From: a virus
Lineage: Duplodnaviria; Caudoviricetes
Direction: 5' to 3' (one strand)
Length of the DNA stretch: 64,000 nt
IMG/VR virus record: IMGVR_UViG_3300030330_005983
Span: 38,199 to 102,198 of that record
Both the position numbers and the translations under genes were made by a program. Below are positions 18,039 to 27,061 of the stretch, in pieces. The notes beneath the pieces are model-generated. The model made no database searches. It was not told where the DNA came from and saw only the letters and a list, made by a program, of their open reading frames with translations. How positions within the stretch are numbered: the stretch's first letter is position 1; every line of letters starts with the position of its first letter.

Positions 18039-21000
18039 TCAATTCGCATCGTCTGCCTCTTCAGTAAAACAATCTTCAACATTTATCCATTTTATCTTTA
18101 CATCGTCCGCGTTATCTGAACCGGTGTGACCAAGGACCTGTAATCTACTGGGGTCAAAGCCACAATCGGAGGTTTCTACTTCATCACAGTTCGGCCCAGT
18201 TTTTCTATACTTGATTGAGTCCCATCCCTTATAAGTCTCCCACAAGTGACAAGGGGCGGCATCTTGGTCGACAGCCGAGGCGTCGAAATTAATTCCGCAA
18301 CCATACGCAGTTACCCACTGGAATATCGGCGCGCCACCAAAATTGTTTCTAGCAAAAACTATAGTCTCTAAATCGCAGGGTTCTTTCCTAAAACCAAAAT
18401 CTTGATTTGGTTTAAGGCTATTTCCCTCATCGTCTTCATCCCAATGGTCATCCGGGAAGCCTTTAGGTCCCGCCAAAGTGTCCTCTATTTTAACAGGAAG
18501 GTCTCCTGCGTTATCTGGCTCGGCGTCAGAACCTACTCTTTTTTCCTCTTTAAATCTGAACATGACTCCATCACCAAACTCGTCTATATTTAGGAATTGT
18601 AATTGGTCTCCTTCATTATGTCCAACAAACTGAACGAAGTCTTCGTCGTAACCTCTGTCCTTAATATCAGGGTCCGCTGGCATGCCCGCAATTCCACCGT
18701 AGATTTTCCAAATGTCGCAGGGCCATTCTGCTTCCAACGCTTCATCATCAATTGGACAGGACCCTGGAGCCGTATCCCACTTCGGAACCTCATTTTTTTT
18801 ATGAATAAGAATTTGGTCTTCGTCATCATCCCAGCCCATACCTCCAGGTTCTCGGCTAGCTCCATCGGGGTCTTTGCCCCACTCTATGTCTTTGGCGCCT
18901 CCTAAAGTTTCCCAAAGAAAACACGGCCACTCATCTCGACCGATTCCCCCTCCAGGGCCAGCATTACTAAAGCCCTCATCCCCTTCTTCTGGCTGAGGTC
19001 GATTCAACCCCCATTTTCTAGACGCCTCATCACCCGACGTTGGGTCATCTGGGTCAATAATCTGTCGGTTCGCGTCGTCTCTTAAAATAGGGCAAGCGTC
19101 TGTTTGATTAATCCAATAAACACCAACCTTAGCGGGGTCGCCTTCGTTTTCAGAGTGCCCCTCAGCGTAATGCCCCAGATATTGATGTTTTGTATTGTCA
19201 TAGCCGAAATCATGGTCTAGGTCATCTGCCCAATCTACACCATCTGCCCCATGAAAAGTTTCATAAATATGACACGGCCAATAAGGTCTATCTTCATCTG
19301 GAACTGGGCATTCCTCTGTCTTTGGTGTTGGAAATCCAACTACTGGCAAATTGATTTCGGTAGTATCAAAACCACTGTAGTCTTCGCATTTTTCTTTAGA
19401 GCCGCTAAAAACTTTTTCAAAAGTGCTGTCTTTAATTCCAGTATTATCATCTTTTTTTTGGTCTAATTCTGTGTCCGTAGGTAAAGAATTGCTGAAATGA
19501 GTTTCATGCCAACCTCCAAGTCTATCGTCTCTTTCACTGCCCTCGGATGGGTTTTGGTTAAATCTAGGATGTTTCATTGTGTCGCTGTCCCACATCACAA
19601 GTACTGTATCCCCCTCCTTGTATGATTTAGCAACACCTTCCCAAAAACCTTCTTCTTCATCCTTATCAGAGGGCGGGCCTCCCTCCTCAAAAGTCGCATC
19701 ATCCGAGCCAGTGGGGTCATCTGGCTGAAGTGTCCCAGCGTCGTCTTCCCAATGATATGAAAACCCAGTCTCCTCCGGGAGGAAAAAGGTAGAGCTACCA
19801 CCGCCGCCTCCGTCGCCACTTCCACTTCCGGCACCAGTATCTTCTTCATCTTGAGGAATACAGGCTTTAATTTTAACGGAGGCTTTAGAATAAATGTCAC
19901 TAGCACCAGCTTTTCCAAATTGCCACCAAATCCAATCTGGAACATCTCTTGATTCAGTATCCTGATGATGACAGTTTGCAAACCATTTCATATCAACTTC
20001 TGCCTCTGCCTCCCAGTGAACTCCAGATTTTGAAAATTCAGATTTTAGCTTTGCGGGAAATATTTTTAATCTAAAAGGATGAGCTGGACTATAAAAAGGC
20101 TGGTCTATGGGGTCATTGAAACATGTCCAGCTTTTTCTTGCTTCATCCCATCGTAAGTCTAATACGCCTGTTTTCCATTCTCTAGAATCAATAGACCAGT
20201 TTTTTACAAACGTCTCCTCTACTGTATTAGATTCTTCTCCTGAGTTTGGTGCAGGAAGGCCATATCTATCGTAACCCCAACCAGAAACAACCATTGGGGT
20301 TCTTAGTGCTATAGACCTAGCTCCTTTAAATGGGGCTGTTGACGTTAATCTTGTACCTTCCTTCGGACACTTTTGATTCCTTAATACATGAGTGGTGTTT
20401 GTGTTATATTTCCAATCAGTGCTACTGGAAGATGAAGATTTTTCTAAGTCTGAATCCAATTTAATATACTGATATAAATCAAATGGATTACCAGCGTTAA
20501 AAGTGTTTTTGTCTGGTTTGTCTTCGTCGTCTATACCAACTGAGGGCAGCAAGCTAGTGCTGCTAGAACTTGAACCCTCTTTGATTGAAAAGGGTGTAAA
20601 TATAGAATCTAACGAGCAACCGGCTGTACTATCCCAAAATCCAGATTCGTTGGAATCAGCTTCTGAGACTATTACCTCTAAGGGGGCTATCATGATTCTT
20701 GAATAAACAGCATCAGATGGAAAATTTTGAGGCATGTTTTCGCTACCTTTAAAATTTTGACCAACTATGATAGCTGAGCTTCTTCCACTTAAAGAATTTC
20801 TAAGACCAGACGCTTTTGCTCCTGAAGAGGTGCTTAGAGTGCCTCCTGGAGTTCCAAATGTATTTGCGTTGTGGAATTGTTTAATTTGTTCATTTACTGC
20901 TCTTTGCGCTGATTTTAAATTGAACGCTCTTTGGAATTGATGTTGTTTTTCAGCCATCATTTCGAAAAATTCTAACCTTGACTGTGCAATCTCGCCAAAG

Positions 21001-23351
21001 TTTCTAACAAAGGTCCTGAATTGAATGTCTGTAGTTACACCTCCAGAACCCACGTTAACATTTATAGATGTGCAATTTGCCCCTGCATTAGCTAAACTTC
21101 TTCCAAGTCCAACAATGCCAATATCTGACGGAAGGCCTGATATCTTGCCCTGACCAGACTCTAGTATACTAAATCTAGAACTAACAACTTTAGATTGAGC
21201 TGTTATTTGAGCTGCTCTAGTCATTGCGCTGAAGCTTCCGTATGTCCAGGGATTAAAGGTGCTGTCTACTGAAAATTCAGACTTGCCATATGATTGCGAT
21301 GCTCCTCCCCCCGCAGACCAAGGTCCGTATCTTGTCGCATTACTTTTTAAAGGCACCACTGCTCCAGTGGGTGTCTCAACGGTTTTTGACAATCCAAGAC
21401 CCCTAAACGAACTTCCTCCAAAGTTAGCATTAAGAAGCTCATCTATATTTTTTTTCTGCGCTTCAGTAAGTGCGTTTCCGCCATTTTCCCCCATCATTAT
21501 TAGATACAGCAATCCGTCGGTAAAAGTAATGTCTCCTTGGCCGTCTCCGCCCTCAGCCTCATTATCTACTTTTACACCACCGCCAGCGCTCAAAATCGCC
21601 CATGGTGCATATTCAGGGTCGCATCGGCCTAAAGACGGGTCAGCGTTTACGTCAGCAACAATTTTTTCAAATCCTGGCTGAACGTAGATACTGTTTGATT
21701 TTTTAATCCAAGTTCCTTGCAGTTTAGACAAGTCGGTGTCTTTTGCTGGAAATTTAAGAATTGGACCAACTTTACCGTCTTCTGTCTTGAATAACTCCAT
21801 AGCAGCGGAGCGAAAACTAAGACCAAGTATCGAGCCGTTTTCATTGGTAGGCCAGCCACCGTCTGATTTTTCATAGCTTTTATTAACAGCTATTACATCG
21901 TTTTCTTCTCCACAACAAAGAGCTTCAGGTATTTGAACCGCCCACTTTTGACCAAAGTAAGATGCAAAATTAGCAACGAACTGATGAAGTTGATGTAAAT
22001 GGCTTTCTCTTTTATTTAACTTTCTTAAAAAATTTGCATATTCTCTAGCGTCATTCATTAAAGATACTGAGTCGCACTCTTCTGCATCAAGTTCGCCCCC
22101 AGCAATTAAAGCGTAGGTTGCGTCAGCAACAAAAAAGTTTCCAACGCCTTGATTTGTACCTACAAAATCTCCAAGAATATCAGCCTTAAAGTACGCCATA
22201 AATTCTCTCCATGAATCAAAGCTTTCCTCTGCGGCTAAAATTTCTCCCGCAGTAACATTATATGTGCTTCCATTCAAATGTTTGCTAAAAGCCTGTAGCC
22301 CAATGTTCACATCGAAGCTATCCCCCATGTTTACACCTCTAAGCTTCGTGTTGGAGGTTACATCAAACTGCTCTCCTGTCTCAGGGTCTTCGCCCCAGTA
22401 TTGTTTAATGATTGGGTTGTCGTTTCCTACTATAACCTGTTCAAAATCTCCAATGATACCAATTGCTGTAGTAATGTCATTTGTTTCAATACCTGCGGAT
22501 GCAGACATAACTCTACTGCTAGATGTTCCTGTATTTCCACCAAAAACTGCACTGCCAAACTTTCTATAAACTCCTCCCGAAGCAATATCGCCTGAACTAT
22601 TAACGCTTCTTGCTAATGAAGAAGAGCCTGTAGTTGAATAAACTTTTATTGTGGTCCCTAGTATACCGGGCACCGTTTCAAGAAATATTCTTTTGCCTTG
22701 CGAGCTAGCGGCTCTAGTGAGTGCAGAAAGAACGTCAATAACGTCTCCAGTAAATCTTAGGTCGCTGGCCGGAACTGCGCTTCCTATGCTAAGCTGAAGG
22801 CTGTTGCCGTAATACTGAAATGCGCGCCCATCAATAACGTTTTTTATATGAGCCCAAGTTACACCCGTGTCATTGCACCAATCGGCAAATCCTAATTCTT
22901 TATGAAGGTTTATTAAGTTTGTACTTCCCGTACTGTTGCTTCCCAATCCACTTAATATAACTTGAGAGTTTGATAAGACTTTAGATGGACTTCTAAGCCT
23001 AACACTGTAAGTAAATCCATTGGACCCTCCGTTTTTCTCCCAGTTTTCTAAAATACCACCAAATTTAAAAGTGCCGTATCTAAACATGCATGCACTTCCC
23101 AATGTAGGTGGATTGAAACTGTCTGGGCTCGTTGTGAAAAAAGTTATGCCAAATGGGTTGTATGCTCTTTTTGTAGCGGTGGAAGTGTCCTCTGCTACGG
23201 TAACTGTTACTTCGCTGGCATCTGTCCCCCATCCTAGTCTTGTTTGCCAGCTAAGTATTGTTGCTCCTAGAAATCTTGTTTGTTGATATCCATTACTGGT
23301 GGCTCCAGAATCTGATTTTATACTTTTAGATGGGCTTGGCGTGTAACTCAT
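18039..23351 (-). CDS. Large tail tip/central fibre protein (1770 aa) with acidic C-terminal repeats
   Basis: Located distal to the tape measure. The beta-rich N-terminus resembles a tail hub. The C-terminus has four PC..(W/Y)...G(Y/W/F)D....Q...H repeats. Confidence 0.6.
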   Translation of the reverse strand: MSYTPSPSKSIKSDSGATSNGYQQTRFLGATILSWQTRLGWGTDASEVTVTVAEDTSTATKRAYNPFGITFFTTSPDSFNPPTLGSACMFRYGTFKFGGILENWEKNGGSNGFTYSVRLRSPSKVLSNSQVILSGLGSNSTGSTNLINLHKELGFADWCNDTGVTWAHIKNVIDGRAFQYYGNSLQLSIGSAVPASDLRFTGDVIDVLSALTRAASSQGKRIFLETVPGILGTTIKVYSTTGSSSLARSVNSSGDIASGGVYRKFGSAVFGGNTGTSSSRVMSASAGIETNDITTAIGIIGDFEQVIVGNDNPIIKQYWGEDPETGEQFDVTSNTKLRGVNMGDSFDVNIGLQAFSKHLNGSTYNVTAGEILAAEESFDSWREFMAYFKADILGDFVGTNQGVGNFFVADATYALIAGGELDAEECDSVSLMNDAREYANFLRKLNKRESHLHQLHQFVANFASYFGQKWAVQIPEALCCGEENDVIAVNKSYEKSDGGWPTNENGSILGLSFRSAAMELFKTEDGKVGPILKFPAKDTDLSKLQGTWIKKSNSIYVQPGFEKIVADVNADPSLGRCDPEYAPWAILSAGGGVKVDNEAEGGDGQGDITFTDGLLYLIMMGENGGNALTEAQKKNIDELLNANFGGSSFRGLGLSKTVETPTGAVVPLKSNATRYGPWSAGGGASQSYGKSEFSVDSTFNPWTYGSFSAMTRAAQITAQSKVVSSRFSILESGQGKISGLPSDIGIVGLGRSLANAGANCTSINVNVGSGGVTTDIQFRTFVRNFGEIAQSRLEFFEMMAEKQHQFQRAFNLKSAQRAVNEQIKQFHNANTFGTPGGTLSTSSGAKASGLRNSLSGRSSAIIVGQNFKGSENMPQNFPSDAVYSRIMIAPLEVIVSEADSNESGFWDSTAGCSLDSIFTPFSIKEGSSSSSTSLLPSVGIDDEDKPDKNTFNAGNPFDLYQYIKLDSDLEKSSSSSSTDWKYNTNTTHVLRNQKCPKEGTRLTSTAPFKGARSIALRTPMVVSGWGYDRYGLPAPNSGEESNTVEETFVKNWSIDSREWKTGVLDLRWDEARKSWTCFNDPIDQPFYSPAHPFRLKIFPAKLKSEFSKSGVHWEAEAEVDMKWFANCHHQDTESRDVPDWIWWQFGKAGASDIYSKASVKIKACIPQDEEDTGAGSGSGDGGGGGSSTFFLPEETGFSYHWEDDAGTLQPDDPTGSDDATFEEGGPPSDKDEEEGFWEGVAKSYKEGDTVLVMWDSDTMKHPRFNQNPSEGSERDDRLGGWHETHFSNSLPTDTELDQKKDDNTGIKDSTFEKVFSGSKEKCEDYSGFDTTEINLPVVGFPTPKTEECPVPDEDRPYWPCHIYETFHGADGVDWADDLDHDFGYDNTKHQYLGHYAEGHSENEGDPAKVGVYWINQTDACPILRDDANRQIIDPDDPTSGDEASRKWGLNRPQPEEGDEGFSNAGPGGGIGRDEWPCFLWETLGGAKDIEWGKDPDGASREPGGMGWDDDEDQILIHKKNEVPKWDTAPGSCPIDDEALEAEWPCDIWKIYGGIAGMPADPDIKDRGYDEDFVQFVGHNEGDQLQFLNIDEFGDGVMFRFKEEKRVGSDAEPDNAGDLPVKIEDTLAGPKGFPDDHWDEDDEGNSLKPNQDFGFRKEPCDLETIVFARNNFGGAPIFQWVTAYGCGINFDASAVDQDAAPCHLWETYKGWDSIKYRKTGPNCDEVETSDCGFDPSRLQVLGHTGSDNADDVKIKWINVEDCFTEEADDAN

Positions 23352-23368
23352 TTATTTTCCTTCCTTAC

Positions 23369-25165
23369 TTATTCGTCATTGTTTTGAGAAGCTTGGCTAA
23401 CTTGAAATGTCCAGGTTACATTTCTTGAGTATTTTTTAATAGAATGCTCGTAATTTTCTCGGTCTTCTGTTAAATATCTAACGCTAGCTGTGGGGGCATA
23501 CGTGTTAATTTTGGTGATTATTTTGTCTATAGATGAATCAATCTCAGAGTTGCTTATACCTTGGTCAAATTGAACTTCCGCAGAAACACTTATTGTTTCA
23601 TCATTAACCGAGCGGAGCCACTGAAGAAAAGGCCCCCTTTCTCTACCAGGAACAACGTGTTCTACAAATCTGTCTGTGTCGTCAGAGCTGCTTACTTTAA
23701 GGCTTTCAGAAACTGGTGGGGTAGCTAAACCAAAAGTATTTTGAGATGTGGCAAAAGACCAAGTAAAAGAAACAGTGCCCATTTTATGACTGATTGAATG
23801 TGCAGTTGATGTAGGCTTGAGTCTAAGTGAACCCGGAGAATATTGGCTTGTATTCAAAGTGGGCGCTGAATTAGCGGCTATGTAAATTGGATTAGAAGAT
23901 GTGCCTTCATTCGCTTTTAAAACTTTATATCTATTTATAGCTTTTTCAACAGCCATGGCGGTTGTTGATTCTGTAGCTTGAGGATAAGAACTTATAGTAT
24001 CCCACCCTTGTATGGTGCCATTAACTGTAACCGTTAATTTATTTGCTGAAGAATCCCAAGAACTATTTACATTTATAGACTCTGTAAATTCAAATGAAGA
24101 CGAAGAGTATGGGGCCAACAGCCATGTTTCTGTGGTTGAATAAGAGCCAGATGTAATATCAACGTCTTGTGAACGTGTATAATTATAAGCAACCCAATCT
24201 CCAACAGACGGGGATTTATCTCCGAAATATTTCTTACTCCAGTCAAATCCATGTATTTCTTTTCTAAATATTCTCCTATCGCTAGAGCTTCCTCCAGGAT
24301 TTATATAATCAGCAGAACCTTTCGAAGAGCTGGTAAGTCCGTCTCCAGCATCTGAGGGGGTCAGCCTAGAATGCACCCATTTCTTAGCATTTTCCCAAGA
24401 TTCTCTTATCAATCCGTCTGGGCCAAAAGCTCTTTTGCCGGTAGCAGAAACCTGATGTGTGACTGTATATGTTCTTGTTTGCGAGGTGGTGTTTATGAAG
24501 GCCTGTTTTCCTGTAGGCTCGCTGTTCCAAGTTTCACTAATATCAGATAAGTAAACCTTGCCTCCAACGCGAAGACCATATTCAAAATCGTCATTGAACG
24601 ATTGTCCGAATTCAAAATTATCTGTTGAGTGCTGTTTGCCTCCGGTGTGCATTGCCAAATAAAAGTCTTCTTCTCCCACAGAATTGTTGATGCTTCCTCC
24701 ATCCTCATCGAAGAAAACCTCATCACACTCTAATTCAATTGTGTAGGCTATTGGCTTGTTATATTCGCCTTCCGATATTGATATTGAATTTACCCTTGGA
24801 AAACAGCTAAGCCCGTAGTTGTTTGAATCCCAGGATAAAATTTGTAATTTTTGACCCTCGCTTGAGAACAGAAACCTAAGAGCTTGAGCTTTATTGAAAA
24901 GCGAAGATTGTATTGAAGTTACCGGAATTGACTCTTTAATAAATTTTGCGGCACTAGGATTGCCATCAGTTCCATTATAAAAAGATGCGTCTGAGGATGG
25001 AGACCCTTTATCTGGAATAAGAGTTCCATCTAGGGTTATACTGTACGTCGCACCAACTTTTTTGCCATCTGACGTTTTTATAAATTCTTTTGATATATTT
25101 ACAGAGGGCGCAGGTATTATTGCTGCGTTAGATTTTGTATCGGCATTATAGTATAATACAGGCAT
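23369..25165 (-). CDS. Tail (distal/baseplate-type) protein, paralog of 25165..27057
   Basis: Shares MPVLY, IPAP, IKTSDGKK.GATY.ITL.GT, CFPRV.SIS, H.VSATGKRA.G.DGLIRE.WENAK.WV and H.VPGR with the upstream gene. Confidence 0.6.
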   Translation of the reverse strand: MPVLYYNADTKSNAAIIPAPSVNISKEFIKTSDGKKVGATYSITLDGTLIPDKGSPSSDASFYNGTDGNPSAAKFIKESIPVTSIQSSLFNKAQALRFLFSSEGQKLQILSWDSNNYGLSCFPRVNSISISEGEYNKPIAYTIELECDEVFFDEDGGSINNSVGEEDFYLAMHTGGKQHSTDNFEFGQSFNDDFEYGLRVGGKVYLSDISETWNSEPTGKQAFINTTSQTRTYTVTHQVSATGKRAFGPDGLIRESWENAKKWVHSRLTPSDAGDGLTSSSKGSADYINPGGSSSDRRIFRKEIHGFDWSKKYFGDKSPSVGDWVAYNYTRSQDVDITSGSYSTTETWLLAPYSSSSFEFTESINVNSSWDSSANKLTVTVNGTIQGWDTISSYPQATESTTAMAVEKAINRYKVLKANEGTSSNPIYIAANSAPTLNTSQYSPGSLRLKPTSTAHSISHKMGTVSFTWSFATSQNTFGLATPPVSESLKVSSSDDTDRFVEHVVPGRERGPFLQWLRSVNDETISVSAEVQFDQGISNSEIDSSIDKIITKINTYAPTASVRYLTEDRENYEHSIKKYSRNVTWTFQVSQASQNNDE

Positions 25166-27057
25166 TATATTTCCTCCTGATACTTCCAGGTAACTGTTCT
25201 AGAATATGTATCTGAAATTGGGTCCCATTCCCTATTGTCGGCAGTCTTGAAATAAACCGCAACTGCAGTACCTGTGGTGGTACTTCCTGGTGTATAATCA
25301 TTAATTTTTGAAACAATTTTATTAATGGCAGCAGACTGTTGAGTTGAATTAGTTGAAGGATGAAATTTTATGTTTATGCTAACTGTCCTTGATGGCATCG
25401 AAGGCGTTTCTAAATTTTGCAATACTGAACCCTGGCGCCTTCCTGGAACTAAATGGCTGGCAAATTGCGATGTTCCTTTTGTGTCTGTTACCACAATTGA
25501 ACTAGAAATAGGCTTATCGATTCCGACTCCTAACGGGAGTCCAATATTATCTCTTCTGTTGTTGAAAACATAGCTAAAAGTTATAACGCCTTCCGTTTCA
25601 TTTATAGAAACATTTTTACTAATTGCCTCAGAATCTATATCGGATGAAGACGAGTCTGATAAAAAATCTGTAACGGCGATTCTATATATGGGAGATTTAT
25701 CTGATGTCTTACTTGTTAATGTGGTCCATCTTTCCTTCGCATTTGAAGCGGCAGTAACATTAATCTTAGAGATGTCTCCTCCAGAATTGGTTGACACCAC
25801 ATCATGACCGGTTATTGTGCCATTAACTGTCACGGTTTTTATATCATTATCTAGGTCTTCAGAAAAATCAATCTTTATATCTTCAGTAACACTTTTGTTT
25901 TGAAGGTCGCCATTGTTTCTAGCATACCCTGGAATCATTGTAAAGGTTTCAGTAATAGTATATGAGCCTGAGGTTCTGTCTATTTCTCCTGTTCTTGACC
26001 AGCCGTGAGGCGTCCATTCTGTATGTTTAGCGTCTGAAGAAACACTGTCTGGAAAATATCCCTCTTCCCAATCCCATCCGTTTCTATAGTAATTAAAAAT
26101 TTTTGTTGTGTCAGAAGGGTCAATGTAATCGTTGGGCCTTGCTTCCTTTCCGCTATCATCTTTTGGATTTGGGCCAATTCTAGATTCAACCCAGATTTTA
26201 GCATTTTCCCAAGGCTCCCTGATAAGCCCGTCTTCTCCATACGCTCTTTTGCCTGTTGCAGAAACAGTGTGAGTAACCGCATACACATTTTCGCGTAAAT
26301 ATTTTAGTGCCGCAGTTTTACTGTCCGCAAAATCATCTTTAAGTTGGCTGTCATACCACATAAATCCTTTATCTTGATTGTTAGTTGCCCATGTTTCTGA
26401 GGCGTTAGATAAATAAACATTGACATTTCCTGTAATGTCTCCAACGGGGCTAATAAAATCAGAGTCAAAAGACTGCCCACCCTCTTGAGTTATATTCACT
26501 CCTGCATTATGAAGGTCTTCTTGGCCAACTAATGTGGTGGAAGAGCCGTCTGTTCCTGTGTCAATAAATATCTCATCACATTCAAGTTGTATGGTATAAG
26601 GCAAAGAATCTGCGTATCTCCCGTCGTCCATACTTATTGATTGAACTCTTGGAAAACAGAATATTCCTGGATTTCCAGACTTCCAAGTTAATATAGAAAG
26701 CTTTCTTCCTTCTATTGAGAAAAGCCTTCTTATTGCCTGAGATTTCATCATAAGGCTTCTTTGGCTCAAATCACCAGTCACAGACTGAGAATGATAAATA
26801 GAAGATGTTCCTGGCGCTCCGTCTCTGTTTTGATAAAATAATGGTACTTGTGCATCTCCAGCTATGGCTCCTCCTGCGGTTGGAGAGCCTCTGTCTGGTA
26901 ATATAGTCCCTTTTAAAGTTATTCTGTAAGTAGCCCCTATTTTTTTACCGTCTGAAGTCTTTATGTAATCTTTTGATATGCTTACAATAGGAGCTGGAAT
27001 TAAAGCCGCGGGTTTTCCCGCACTACTCAATGTCATGTCTTCATATAAAACTGGCAT
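25165..27057 (-). CDS. Tail (distal/baseplate-type) protein, paralog of 23369..25165
   Basis: Same shared blocks as its paralog. Located downstream of the tape measure. Confidence 0.6.
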   Translation of the reverse strand: MPVLYEDMTLSSAGKPAALIPAPIVSISKDYIKTSDGKKIGATYRITLKGTILPDRGSPTAGGAIAGDAQVPLFYQNRDGAPGTSSIYHSQSVTGDLSQRSLMMKSQAIRRLFSIEGRKLSILTWKSGNPGIFCFPRVQSISMDDGRYADSLPYTIQLECDEIFIDTGTDGSSTTLVGQEDLHNAGVNITQEGGQSFDSDFISPVGDITGNVNVYLSNASETWATNNQDKGFMWYDSQLKDDFADSKTAALKYLRENVYAVTHTVSATGKRAYGEDGLIREPWENAKIWVESRIGPNPKDDSGKEARPNDYIDPSDTTKIFNYYRNGWDWEEGYFPDSVSSDAKHTEWTPHGWSRTGEIDRTSGSYTITETFTMIPGYARNNGDLQNKSVTEDIKIDFSEDLDNDIKTVTVNGTITGHDVVSTNSGGDISKINVTAASNAKERWTTLTSKTSDKSPIYRIAVTDFLSDSSSSDIDSEAISKNVSINETEGVITFSYVFNNRRDNIGLPLGVGIDKPISSSIVVTDTKGTSQFASHLVPGRRQGSVLQNLETPSMPSRTVSINIKFHPSTNSTQQSAAINKIVSKINDYTPGSTTTGTAVAVYFKTADNREWDPISDTYSRTVTWKYQEEI

Positions 27058-27061
27058 TTAA

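Noticed and set aside
25288-25298. TGGTGTATAAT copy on the + strand (also GGTGTATAAT near 55244)
   Set aside because: These are antisense inside coding regions. Occasional chance hits are expected for a short motif in AT-rich DNA.
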